From Candidatus Aenigmatarchaeota archaeon (GTDB lineage Archaea > Aenigmatarchaeota > Aenigmatarchaeia > CG10238-14 > SpSt-28): DNA of 64,000 nt. The stretch lies in NCBI GenBank assembly GCA_018920305.1, contig JAHLMO010000001.1:11473-75472 (forward strand), given 5' to 3'. Positions 29,743 to 38,190 of this stretch are shown piece by piece (the stretch's first letter is position 1; each line of letters starts with the position of its first letter). A program made the position numbers and the translations under genes. The notes below the pieces were generated by a model. The model was not told the DNA's origin. It ran no database searches and saw only the letters and a program-made list of their open reading frames with translations.

Positions 29743-30147
29743 TTAAATTCTTTTTTCTTTTCTTAGATTTTCGAACTCATAAAAGAATGAAAGTTTCTCA
29801 AAAAATCCTTTTAAATCTTTATAGTTTTCCAAAATATCTCCCAATATCTTAAATAAATCCCATCTACAAATTGGTAGTGTTTTTAGCTTTTCGATTCTTT
29901 CAATTTCTTTTTGATCTACTTTCTTATCTTTCAAAAAATTAATAATTTTTTCCAATATCTCTTTATTAGTATCACTTTTCGGTAAAGTTAAATATAAAGG
30001 TTCTTTACAAATAATACAATTTATAACAGAAAGAGGTGATTCCTCATTAGATATTTCAAAGTAATCAAAATCCCAAAAGTCTTCATAAAAATCGAATTCA
30101 AAACGCAAGAAAGAACTAGATAAAATTTTATTTAATTCATTTCTCAA
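29743..30147 (-). CDS. Hypothetical protein (CxxC...C, TTG start)
   Basis: ORF track; CIIC and PICRWD; TTGA overlap with upstream small ORF. Confidence 0.5.
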   Translation of the reverse strand: MRNELNKILSSSFLRFEFDFYEDFWDFDYFEISNEESPLSVINCIICKEPLYLTLPKSDTNKEILEKIINFLKDKKVDQKEIERIEKLKTLPICRWDLFKILGDILENYKDLKGFFEKLSFFYEFENLRKEKRI

Positions 30148-30305
30148 CCGGGTTTGAGGACGGTTTCCCCCCCGGCTTTTATTTTTAGAAGATTTGTATC
30201 TATACCTTTCATTTTTAATTTTTCTATATTAGAAAAACAAATAGAATTATAACTGAATTGATCCTCTATAGAATTTGTTGCTGATGAAATTCTAAACTGT
30301 TCCAT
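30144..30305 (-). CDS. Putative 53-aa ORF
   Basis: Manual translation MEQFRISSATNSIEDQFSYNSICFSNIEKLKMKGIDTNLLKIKAGGETVLKPG; TATA-like sequence upstream. Confidence 0.35.
   Translation of the reverse strand: MEQFRISSATNSIEDQFSYNSICFSNIEKLKMKGIDTNLLKIKAGGETVLKPG
30147..30176. other. Isolated GC-rich stem-loop containing a C7/G7 run
   Basis: ACCGGGTTTGAGGACGGTTTCCCCCCCGGC; CCGGG/CCCGG arms; followed by TTTTATTTTT on + strand. Confidence 0.6.
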
Positions 30306-30362
30306 GTCCTTTTATATTATTAATATATAAAGTTTAAAGAATATAAAGATTTCTATTGTATT

Positions 30363-31145
30363 ATGAATTATAAAGTTTTACTAAATTTTTTAAAAAATAA
30401 GGAGATTATTAAGAAAAAAATAAATGAAATAAAAAATGCTTCAAAATTAAACTTAAAAGAAAAATGGAATTATTATTTACCAAAAGCAAAAGAAGATAAA
30501 TGTATTGCAATAGATGGAAGTTATAATTTCTTAAAGTATAGATCTTTAGTTTTTTATGCAATTAATATTGCTAGCGTAATTTATGAAAACTCAAAAATCA
30601 AAGTTGATGTTTTTCCAATTTTTGATATGGTAGAAGATTTTATTTATTTAGAAGATTTTTTGAAATCTGAAATGTTAAAAAAGGAGATAGAAATTGCCAA
30701 AAATTATTGTAAAGAGTTTAATATAATTCTCGATGGTTCTTTAATTTATTTTTTAAATTTTATTCCACCAAATGAAAGAAAAAATTATTTAAATTTTTTT
30801 GAAGAAAGCGATAAATTAATATTTTCAATATCGAAAACCCCAATTAAAAAAATTGAAGAAATTGATGTAGGATTTTCAAACGAAATATTTAAAGAAAAAA
30901 ATTTTGGAATTATTACGTTTTATTTTAAACTAAAAAAATCTTCACTAGTCTATAAAGTTGAAACTTTTGAGAAAAATAAAGATAGAATTGAAGAAATAGT
31001 TTCATTGATTAAATTTTTTGACTATAGAGGTTATCCATATATCTTAAAAAAAGCACATAAAGAAGCAAAAATATCCAATAAAGATATGGAAAGGTTTGCA
31101 AAAATTTTAGGAATAAAAGAAGAAACCGGAAGAGAAGTATTATGA
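30363..31145 (+). CDS. nurA: NurA 5'-3' nuclease
   Basis: IAIDGS, ILDGSL, SISK, GYPYILKKAH..AKI; upstream of herA. Confidence 0.9.
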   Translation: MNYKVLLNFLKNKEIIKKKINEIKNASKLNLKEKWNYYLPKAKEDKCIAIDGSYNFLKYRSLVFYAINIASVIYENSKIKVDVFPIFDMVEDFIYLEDFLKSEMLKKEIEIAKNYCKEFNIILDGSLIYFLNFIPPNERKNYLNFFEESDKLIFSISKTPIKKIEEIDVGFSNEIFKEKNFGIITFYFKLKKSSLVYKVETFEKNKDRIEEIVSLIKFFDYRGYPYILKKAHKEAKISNKDMERFAKILGIKEETGREVL

Positions 31146-32593
31146 TAATAGGTAGATGTGTTGGGGAGGCAAGAATTAACGAAGTTACATTTATATCTAC
31201 TAAAATGCCAGAAATTGGACAATATGTTATTTTAGAGTATGATAATAAAAAGATTTTAGGAATGATAGAAGATCTAATAAGATTTAATCCTACAATAAAT
31301 GAAGAATTGCTAAGTGAAGAAGAAATAGAATCAATTAAAAAATTTGAAGAGAGTTATGTAATAAAAGGAAAAATAAAAATTCTAGGAGATATAGAGAATT
31401 TAAAATTACCAAAAATCCCTCCAGAACCAGGTACAGCAATCAAAATTGCTACTAAGGAAATCTTAGAGAAAATTTTTGGAAAAGACGAAAAGTCTATAAG
31501 TATTGGAAAGCTTTTAACAAATGAAAATGTTGAAGTTTATGTTAATGTAAATAAAATGATTTCTAGACATTTAGCAATTCTATCTATAACTGGAGCAGGG
31601 AAGTCCAATACTGTATGTGTAATAGTTGAAGAGTTAGCAAAAAAAGGCGTTACAAGTTTAATTTTCGATATGCATAGCGAATATGTAGATGCAGAATTTT
31701 CGAAAAAAAAGATATTACCAACAAAAATTAATCCAATCCATTTACATTATAAAGAAGCTGCAAGAATGATGAATATCGGAGAAGAAGCATATATTCAAGA
31801 GATGTATTTCAGAAAAGCTTGGGAAAGTGTAAAAGAAAAGATAATTAATATGAAAATTAGTTTGAATATAAACGATTTTTTTAACTCTTTAATTAAAGAA
31901 TTAGATAGTTTTGCAAAAAGAGAAAGAAGTTCCGAAGAATCTATATATAAAGTAATTTTAAAGGTTGAAGAATTTAAAGAAAAGTTTGGAGAAATTTTCG
32001 ATTTAAGTTACGATGATATTGTTAATCAAATAGAAAAAGGAAAAGTTAACATATTAAATTTAGGTTCTGTAGATGATGAGGTAGCAGATATCTTTGTAAG
32101 TCATATTTTAAGAAAGATTTTAGAGGAAAGAAAGAAATTCGTAACAAGTGGCAAAGGATTAAGTTTTCCAATATTCGTTATAATAGAAGAAGCTCATATA
32201 TTAATTCCAAAAGAATTTGATACATTTTCAAAATATTGGGCTTCGAGAATTGCTAGAGAAGGTAGAAAATTTGGAGTTGGATTATGCTTAGTAAGTCAAA
32301 GACCAAAAGCTTTAGATGCTAATGTATTAAGTCAAGCAAATAATATGATAATCTTAAAATTAGTTGAACCTAACGATCAAAAATATGTACAAGCAGCTAG
32401 TGAAATGTTAACAGATGAATTATTAGTTCATTTATCTTCATTAAATATTGGAGAAGCTATCGTTATTGGTCCTATGATAAAAATTCCCGCTTTAGTCAAA
32501 ATTCATGAATTCCAAAAAAAGAATATAGGAAAAGATATCGACTTTATAGAAGAAAGTAAAAAAATGGAAAAAAAAGAAATCGATTTAATATAA
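31142..32593 (+). CDS. herA: HerA DNA translocase/helicase
   Basis: HAS-barrel N-term, RHLAILSITGAGKSN, FDMHSEY, EEAH, AREGRKFG, SQRP. Confidence 0.95.
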   Translation: MIIGRCVGEARINEVTFISTKMPEIGQYVILEYDNKKILGMIEDLIRFNPTINEELLSEEEIESIKKFEESYVIKGKIKILGDIENLKLPKIPPEPGTAIKIATKEILEKIFGKDEKSISIGKLLTNENVEVYVNVNKMISRHLAILSITGAGKSNTVCVIVEELAKKGVTSLIFDMHSEYVDAEFSKKKILPTKINPIHLHYKEAARMMNIGEEAYIQEMYFRKAWESVKEKIINMKISLNINDFFNSLIKELDSFAKRERSSEESIYKVILKVEEFKEKFGEIFDLSYDDIVNQIEKGKVNILNLGSVDDEVADIFVSHILRKILEERKKFVTSGKGLSFPIFVIIEEAHILIPKEFDTFSKYWASRIAREGRKFGVGLCLVSQRPKALDANVLSQANNMIILKLVEPNDQKYVQAASEMLTDELLVHLSSLNIGEAIVIGPMIKIPALVKIHEFQKKNIGKDIDFIEESKKMEKKEIDLI

Positions 32594-32626
32594 AAATAAA
32601 AATTAAAATTATTATTATGAACAAAG

Positions 32627-32977
32627 ATGAGAGTAGTAGCAAAGCATGTATTTGGAAGTTTATATGAATGTGATGAAAAAATTCTTAGTAATATTAATAA
32701 ATTAAGAAAAATTGTAAAAGAAGCAGTAAAAATTTCTAATTCTAAGTTAATAAGAATTACTTCCTATAAATTTGGTGGAGGTGGAGGAATTAGTATAATA
32801 GCTATTGTTGCAGAATCTCATATATCTATTCATACTTATCCAGAATATAAATATGCTTTAGTTGATGTTTTTATATGCGGAACTCATACAAAACCAGAAG
32901 AAGCTTTTGAATATATTGTAAAAGAATTAAAAGCGAAAAACTATAACAAAAAAATTGAATTAAGAAATTTAGAATAA
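32627..32977 (+). CDS. speD: Pyruvoyl-dependent S-adenosylmethionine decarboxylase family (SpeD/SpeH)
   Basis: AESHISIHTYPE self-cleavage motif, VDVFICG. Confidence 0.9.
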   Translation: MRVVAKHVFGSLYECDEKILSNINKLRKIVKEAVKISNSKLIRITSYKFGGGGGISIIAIVAESHISIHTYPEYKYALVDVFICGTHTKPEEAFEYIVKELKAKNYNKKIELRNLE

Positions 32978-33310
32978 CTTAAAGTATTTTTTTGTTTTTA
33001 TTATTTTTCTTTTTACTTCTTTAAGAATTTTTTCATCTTGTGTAGCAATTATAAAATTGTCTTTGTACTTAATTATTAATTCGTCTACTTTTCCTTTTTC
33101 TTTTATTACTTTAATTTTATTGCTTCTAATTAATAATTTCACTGCTTTTAAATATCTTTTATTTATATTTCCTATTTCTCCTAAACTACCCTCTAGAATA
33201 TATATCTCGTAATTTCCAAAATTTTCATCTAAAAAATCTTCGAATAATCTAAATTTTTTTTCTTTTATTAAATAAACTAAAAAATTTGTATCTAGTAATA
33301 TCTTTTCCAT
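32969..33310 (-). CDS. PIN-domain protein (Fcf1/Utp24-like)
   Basis: ILLDTNFL, VDELI, IATQD. Confidence 0.75.
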   Translation of the reverse strand: MEKILLDTNFLVYLIKEKKFRLFEDFLDENFGNYEIYILEGSLGEIGNINKRYLKAVKLLIRSNKIKVIKEKGKVDELIIKYKDNFIIATQDEKILKEVKRKIIKTKKYFKLF

Positions 33311-33324
33311 ATTTATTTTTCTTT

Positions 33325-34242
33325 ATGAAAATTTATCCAATTGCATTTGATTCTTTAGGAGTAAGAAGTATGTGTACCTTAGTATGTATCAATAATTTAA
33401 AAATAATTATAGATCCTTATGCTGCATTAGCTCCAAAAAGATTTGGATTGGAGCCAAGTAATTTAGAAATAGATATGCTGAATTTTTATCTGAAGCAAAT
33501 TTACAAAATAGGAAATTTTTGTAATTATGCAATAGTTACTCATTATCATTATGATCATCATCCTAGACCAAACGATACTAATTTTTTTGAAAGTTTTAGA
33601 AATTGTAAATTTCTAATAAAAAATTTTGAAAAAGAACATTATAGTGCAAGAAAAAGAGGAAAACTGTTCGAAGAAAATTTGAAAAAGTTTAAAATAGAAT
33701 ACGAATTTGCAGATAACGAAGAAATAAAAATTGGAAGAACTAAAATAATTTTTTCTGAACCTGTATGGCATGGTGAAGTTAACTCAAAAGTTGGAAGAGT
33801 TATTACACTATTACTTAAATATAAAAAAGAAAAATTCTTTTTCGGAAGTGATGCCCAATTTTTAATAGATGAAAATGCATTAAATTTTGTTTTAGATCAC
33901 AAACCAAAATATCTTATAATAGATGGCTTTCCAACCATATTAGAAGGATATAAAGTAAAAAAAGAAAGTTTTAAAATTGGAGTTAAACATATGGAAAAAA
34001 TTTTTGAAGAAATAAATTACGAGTGGATTATAATTGATCATCATTTATTGAGAGACAAAAATTTTGATAAGAAATTTCCATATTTTGATTATAAAAAAAT
34101 AACTACAGCTGCCAAATATTATAATTTAGAAAATTTACTTTTAGAAGCTTATAGAAAAGAAATATTTGAAAATAAAATAAGTTTTGATCTAAATAAATAT
34201 AAATCACATTTTAGTAACTTGATTAAAAATGTGCTAAGTTAA
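33325..34242 (+). CDS. UPF0282 metallo-beta-lactamase-fold hydrolase
   Basis: MKIYPIAFDSLGVRSM, ALAPKRFGL, THYHYDH, HG, SD, DHHLLRD; start moved to ATG at 33325. Confidence 0.85.
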   Translation: MKIYPIAFDSLGVRSMCTLVCINNLKIIIDPYAALAPKRFGLEPSNLEIDMLNFYLKQIYKIGNFCNYAIVTHYHYDHHPRPNDTNFFESFRNCKFLIKNFEKEHYSARKRGKLFEENLKKFKIEYEFADNEEIKIGRTKIIFSEPVWHGEVNSKVGRVITLLLKYKKEKFFFGSDAQFLIDENALNFVLDHKPKYLIIDGFPTILEGYKVKKESFKIGVKHMEKIFEEINYEWIIIDHHLLRDKNFDKKFPYFDYKKITTAAKYYNLENLLLEAYRKEIFENKISFDLNKYKSHFSNLIKNVLS

Positions 34243-34252
34243 TTAAAAATTT

Positions 34253-34873
34253 ATGAATCGGTTTGAAATATTTAAAGAAAGGAAAAAATCTGCGATACGA
34301 AATCTTTTAGAAGCCATTAAAAATAATGAAGTAGATAAGCCAATAGAAAAAGAATTGTTAAAAATTAATGAGTACGAAATTGTTTATTCAACTTCTAGTT
34401 GCGCAGGAAGAATTGCGCTATTAGTTGATAAAGGAAATAAAAAAGATTCATTTTTTATAGGTAAATGGCATGAAAAAGTTAATGCTGAAGAAATAATTAA
34501 AAGTTTAAAAGAAAATATAAAAAACGACTTGATCTGGTTTAAACAAGAGCCATTTATTATTCATCTTGTTTTTCCAAAAATAAAATTTGCGAGAGATGTA
34601 TTAAAAATTGCGAGAGATGTTGGCTTTAAACATAGCGGTATAATAAGTTTAAAAAAAGAAAAGATTGTTCTAGAGGTTACTGGTTTAGATAGAATAGATT
34701 TTCCTATCGTAATTAATTCGGAACTTACAATTTCTTTAGAAAATTTTATTAAAATAGTTGATTTAGCAAATTCTAAAATGATTAGAAATGCTATTTTGAG
34801 ACAGAAATTTTTTAATTATTTTTTTGAATATCTAGAAAAAAATTCAAAAAAAGAAGTTAACTTAATCGTCTAA
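34253..34873 (+). CDS. taw3: tRNA wybutosine methyltransferase Taw3/Tyw3
   Basis: VDKPI, STSSCAGRI, KWH, EPFIIH, GFKHSGI. Confidence 0.9.
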   Translation: MNRFEIFKERKKSAIRNLLEAIKNNEVDKPIEKELLKINEYEIVYSTSSCAGRIALLVDKGNKKDSFFIGKWHEKVNAEEIIKSLKENIKNDLIWFKQEPFIIHLVFPKIKFARDVLKIARDVGFKHSGIISLKKEKIVLEVTGLDRIDFPIVINSELTISLENFIKIVDLANSKMIRNAILRQKFFNYFFEYLEKNSKKEVNLIV

Positions 34874-34893
34874 ATATTTGATAAATTATTCTT

Positions 34894-35460
34894 TTATTCT
34901 TCAAATATTTCTGCTTCAAACTCGTAAATTTCTGTTTCCTCATCTAACCAACAATCTTTTCTTAAACCAGCTTTTAAACACAAATTTTCTAAAAATTCTT
35001 TTTTATCTTTAATTATTTTCCATACTTGTGGTAAAAATAGCGCAGATTGAAATCCTTTAACTATCATATAGCCCTTATTTTTATCTAATATGTTTAGTAT
35101 ATCTATTCTGTTTTTAACTTTATTATCTATTCTTTTCATTTCGCCCAAAATACTTACCTCTATTTTTATATCTTTTAATTCTGCTTCTTTTAACTCTTCA
35201 AATCTAGGATCTTTACAAGCTTCTTTTGCTGCTTTAGATATTGCAATTGCTAAAGGATATATAGGATAAGGAAATCCTATACAACCTCTTAAATTATTAT
35301 TTTTATAGATACTAACAAAAACTCCTTTTAATTCTGAAAATTGTTTAGGTAAACTATTTAAATCTATTTCAATTTCTTTCTTATTTTTTACGAAATTGAC
35401 TATCGATTTTTTAGCAATATCTAAAACAACTTTTTTAAAATTATTTTCATTTCCTCTCAT
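34894..35460 (-). CDS. AMMECR1 domain protein
   Basis: GVFVS, LRGCIG, DPRF, EVSIL, FLPQV, LCLKAG. Confidence 0.9.
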   Translation of the reverse strand: MRGNENNFKKVVLDIAKKSIVNFVKNKKEIEIDLNSLPKQFSELKGVFVSIYKNNNLRGCIGFPYPIYPLAIAISKAAKEACKDPRFEELKEAELKDIKIEVSILGEMKRIDNKVKNRIDILNILDKNKGYMIVKGFQSALFLPQVWKIIKDKKEFLENLCLKAGLRKDCWLDEETEIYEFEAEIFEE

Positions 35461-35515
35461 TTAATTTATCTATTTTAAAGACAGAAATCTATAAATTTAT
35501 AATTTTATAATTGTT

Positions 35516-35905
35516 ATGGCTAAATATCACGAAGAAATTAAGGGAAGAACTCCTACAGGAGCAAAATTTATTCCTCGTTATAAAGTTAAAAAGAAATGTC
35601 ATTTAGGTGGGGATGAAATATTAGTAGAATTAAGAGATAGAGAAAGAAAAATAGTAAGAAGAACTAAAGGTGGAAATAAAAAATTTAAGCTAAGATTTGC
35701 AACATATGCTAATGTATTCGATGGAAAAAATTATAAAAAGGTAAAAATTTTAGATGTTATAGAAAATAAAGCTCACCCTCTTTATGAAAGAAGAAAAATA
35801 ATTACAAAAGGTGCAATAATAAAAACAGAAATTGGATTAGCTAAAGTAACATCGAGACCCTCGCAACATGGAGTAGTTAACGCAATATTAATTCAAAAAA
35901 GTTAA
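35516..35905 (+). CDS. rps8e: Ribosomal protein eS8
   Basis: RTKGGNKK, IITKGAII, AKVTSRPSQHGVVNA. Confidence 0.95.
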   Translation: MAKYHEEIKGRTPTGAKFIPRYKVKKKCHLGGDEILVELRDRERKIVRRTKGGNKKFKLRFATYANVFDGKNYKKVKILDVIENKAHPLYERRKIITKGAIIKTEIGLAKVTSRPSQHGVVNAILIQKS

Positions 35906-36603
35906 ATTTCTAAAACTAATTCGTCTTCTGATAAAAATTTAGAAAAAAATCTATTAATATTTTCTAAATCTCTTCTAAATAATTTTTCATAAACTATTGA
36001 ATCTTCTTTTACTCCATGACTAAAATCGATTAGATAGATTTTATCATTACCAACTAAAATGTTATGCTCACTTAAATCACCATGTACTAAGCCTATTTTC
36101 TTTAATTTTTTTAAATTCTCAATTACTTGATTATAGAAATCTTTCGCAATTTCATAATCTAACTTAACATCTTTTAATAAAGGATATGGAATTTCATTCT
36201 CTCCCAAAAATTCCATTACTAAAATATTTTGATATGAAGCTATAGGTTTTGGACAATTAACTTTCGCTTTTTCATAAGCAAGTTTCAAATTTCTATATTC
36301 CCTATTGCACCAATAAAAAACTACATTTCTTTTCTCTCTTTTTATCCTTTCATATCTAGGGTCTAAAACTAATAAATTTCTTATCATCTTAAAATCAGAA
36401 TGATATATCCTATATATCTTTATAGCAACATAATTTTTTTCAAAATCTTTTCCCAAAAAAACAACACTTTCTTTTCCTTCTTTAATAATTTTTACTAATC
36501 CAAAAATTATCATTTTATTTCTTAACTCAACTAAAGCTTTTACAGTTAAATCATCTAAAACCTTAGAATATACTTTTAATTCTTCTTTAAATTCTAGGCT
36601 CAT
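35902..36603 (-). CDS. rio1: RIO1 serine/threonine kinase
   Basis: GKESVV, AIKIYR, LVHGDLSEHNIL, IDF. Confidence 0.9.
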   Translation of the reverse strand: MSLEFKEELKVYSKVLDDLTVKALVELRNKMIIFGLVKIIKEGKESVVFLGKDFEKNYVAIKIYRIYHSDFKMIRNLLVLDPRYERIKREKRNVVFYWCNREYRNLKLAYEKAKVNCPKPIASYQNILVMEFLGENEIPYPLLKDVKLDYEIAKDFYNQVIENLKKLKKIGLVHGDLSEHNILVGNDKIYLIDFSHGVKEDSIVYEKLFRRDLENINRFFSKFLSEDELVLEI

Positions 36604-36892
36604 TTGGCAAATTTTTTATGTATCCATTCTTTCTTAACCAATTAGCTTCAGATTGAGTGTATACATGTATAATATCGCATCTATCATCCATAAAAGGCCA
36701 TTTTTTTATTAATACAACATCTCCGACCTTAACCCAAAATTTCCTCGCAATTTTTCCAGCAATTCTTGCCATTCTTTCTTTTCCATCTTCACAAATAACT
36801 TTAACTTTATCTCCAGCATAGAACATTTCAACTAAAGCGTACGTTTCTCCATTTTTTTCATCAGCAATTCTAACTTTGGTTTCCTCACTCAT
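36587..36892 (-). CDS. eif1a: Translation initiation factor aIF-1A
   Basis: CEDGKERMARIAGK, WVKVGDVVL, DIIHVY. Confidence 0.9.
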   Translation of the reverse strand: MSEETKVRIADEKNGETYALVEMFYAGDKVKVICEDGKERMARIAGKIARKFWVKVGDVVLIKKWPFMDDRCDIIHVYTQSEANWLRKNGYIKNLPNEPRI

Positions 36893-37554
36893 ATTTTTCT
36901 TATTAATATCGTATCCAAATATACTTTTTTTCCTTCTTTTATTCCAACTAAAGTTTTCGATATTTTATACTCTATAGGAAATTCTTTAGATATAAAATTT
37001 AATATTTCATACGCAGTTGACTTTGAACCAATATATAAATCTATACCCTCTTTTCTTTTCTCTATCTTTGATATAAAACTTAAAAAGTCTGTCTTATTTC
37101 TTTTTTCAACTATATTTTGAATTTTTTTTAGTAACTCTTCACTAACTTCAAATCTAAGTTGAATTATTGCTTGCTTATAACCGCTATTTTTCATAGCACA
37201 AAACTTACAAACAAATGGTTTTTCTCTTACTTCTATTTCTTTTTTTGAAATAATTATATTATTTTTTAAAAAAGTTATCGATATTCTATTTTCAAATATT
37301 TCAAAGTTTTTATCTAAATTAATTTTTTTGAAAATATCATAATGAAGAGAAAAATGAGATAAAGCTTCTTCATAAGAATTGAACAAGTATTTTTTAGATA
37401 AGGAATATCTATTACAATATTTACATTTATAAATTGAAATAAATTTAGGAATTTTAATCCTATTTTCAAAATCTCTTCTAAAGCAATCTAAACAAAATTT
37501 TTCAATAAATATTTTTGTTTCCTTTCCACACTTTGGGCATATAGTTCTTATCAT
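36889..37554 (-). CDS. nmd3: Nmd3 family protein
   Basis: CPKCG, CLDC, CKYC, CKFC, AIIQLR, GIDLY. Confidence 0.85.
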   Translation of the reverse strand: MIRTICPKCGKETKIFIEKFCLDCFRRDFENRIKIPKFISIYKCKYCNRYSLSKKYLFNSYEEALSHFSLHYDIFKKINLDKNFEIFENRISITFLKNNIIISKKEIEVREKPFVCKFCAMKNSGYKQAIIQLRFEVSEELLKKIQNIVEKRNKTDFLSFISKIEKRKEGIDLYIGSKSTAYEILNFISKEFPIEYKISKTLVGIKEGKKVYLDTILIRKI

Positions 37555-37589
37555 TAAAAATAAATAGTTTAATTGTAAAAAAACAATTA

Positions 37590-38183
37590 ATGAAATATAC
37601 TTTAATACTATTAGCTTTGATTTTTATTAGCTTTATTTTTCAAATTTTAATCGAAGGTTATACACGATTTTTAGCTTTAATTCCAAGCAAAGTTTTTGAA
37701 GGAGAAATTTATAGAATTGTAACTTCTATTTTTTTACATGGTGATGAAATTCATCTTTTTTTCAATTCTTTTGCCCTATTTATATTTGGTAGTGTTTTAG
37801 AAAAGGTAATAGGAGGTAAAAGGTATTTACTTGTTTTTTTCTTAAGCGGAATTATTGGAAGTATTGCATACATTCTTACTAGTATTTTATTAAATGAAAT
37901 TAATATACCAGCTGTTGGAGCAAGCGGAGCAATTTATGGAATAATCGGAACTTTAGCAATTTTAAGACCAACAACAATAGTTTTAGTTTATTTTGTTCCA
38001 ATTCCAATTTTGTTTTTTGCATTTTTCTGGATTATAGTAGAAAGTTTAGCAACTTTATTTCAATTCTTTGGCGTAAAAACTGGTATAGCATCTCAAGCGC
38101 ATTTAGCTGGAATAATTTTTGGAATACTTTATGGTTATAATCTAAAAGAAAAAGGTAAGATAAGAATAAGATATGAAATATGA
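37590..38183 (+). CDS. Rhomboid intramembrane protease
   Basis: HLFFN, GASGA, AHLAG. Confidence 0.92.
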   Translation: MKYTLILLALIFISFIFQILIEGYTRFLALIPSKVFEGEIYRIVTSIFLHGDEIHLFFNSFALFIFGSVLEKVIGGKRYLLVFFLSGIIGSIAYILTSILLNEINIPAVGASGAIYGIIGTLAILRPTTIVLVYFVPIPILFFAFFWIIVESLATLFQFFGVKTGIASQAHLAGIIFGILYGYNLKEKGKIRIRYEI

Positions 38184-38190
38184 AATATAA

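Noticed and set aside
30144-30146. Selenocysteine or read-through UGA next to the GC hairpin
   Set aside because: The same frame hits TAA four codons later, so read-through adds almost nothing
30281-30300. CTGATGA resembling a hammerhead core or C box
   Set aside because: No matching stems or correctly placed partner motifs could be built
34581-34621. Short direct repeat TTGCGAGAGATGT x2 in taw3
   Set aside because: Two copies inside coding sequence (ARDV x2); not CRISPR-like
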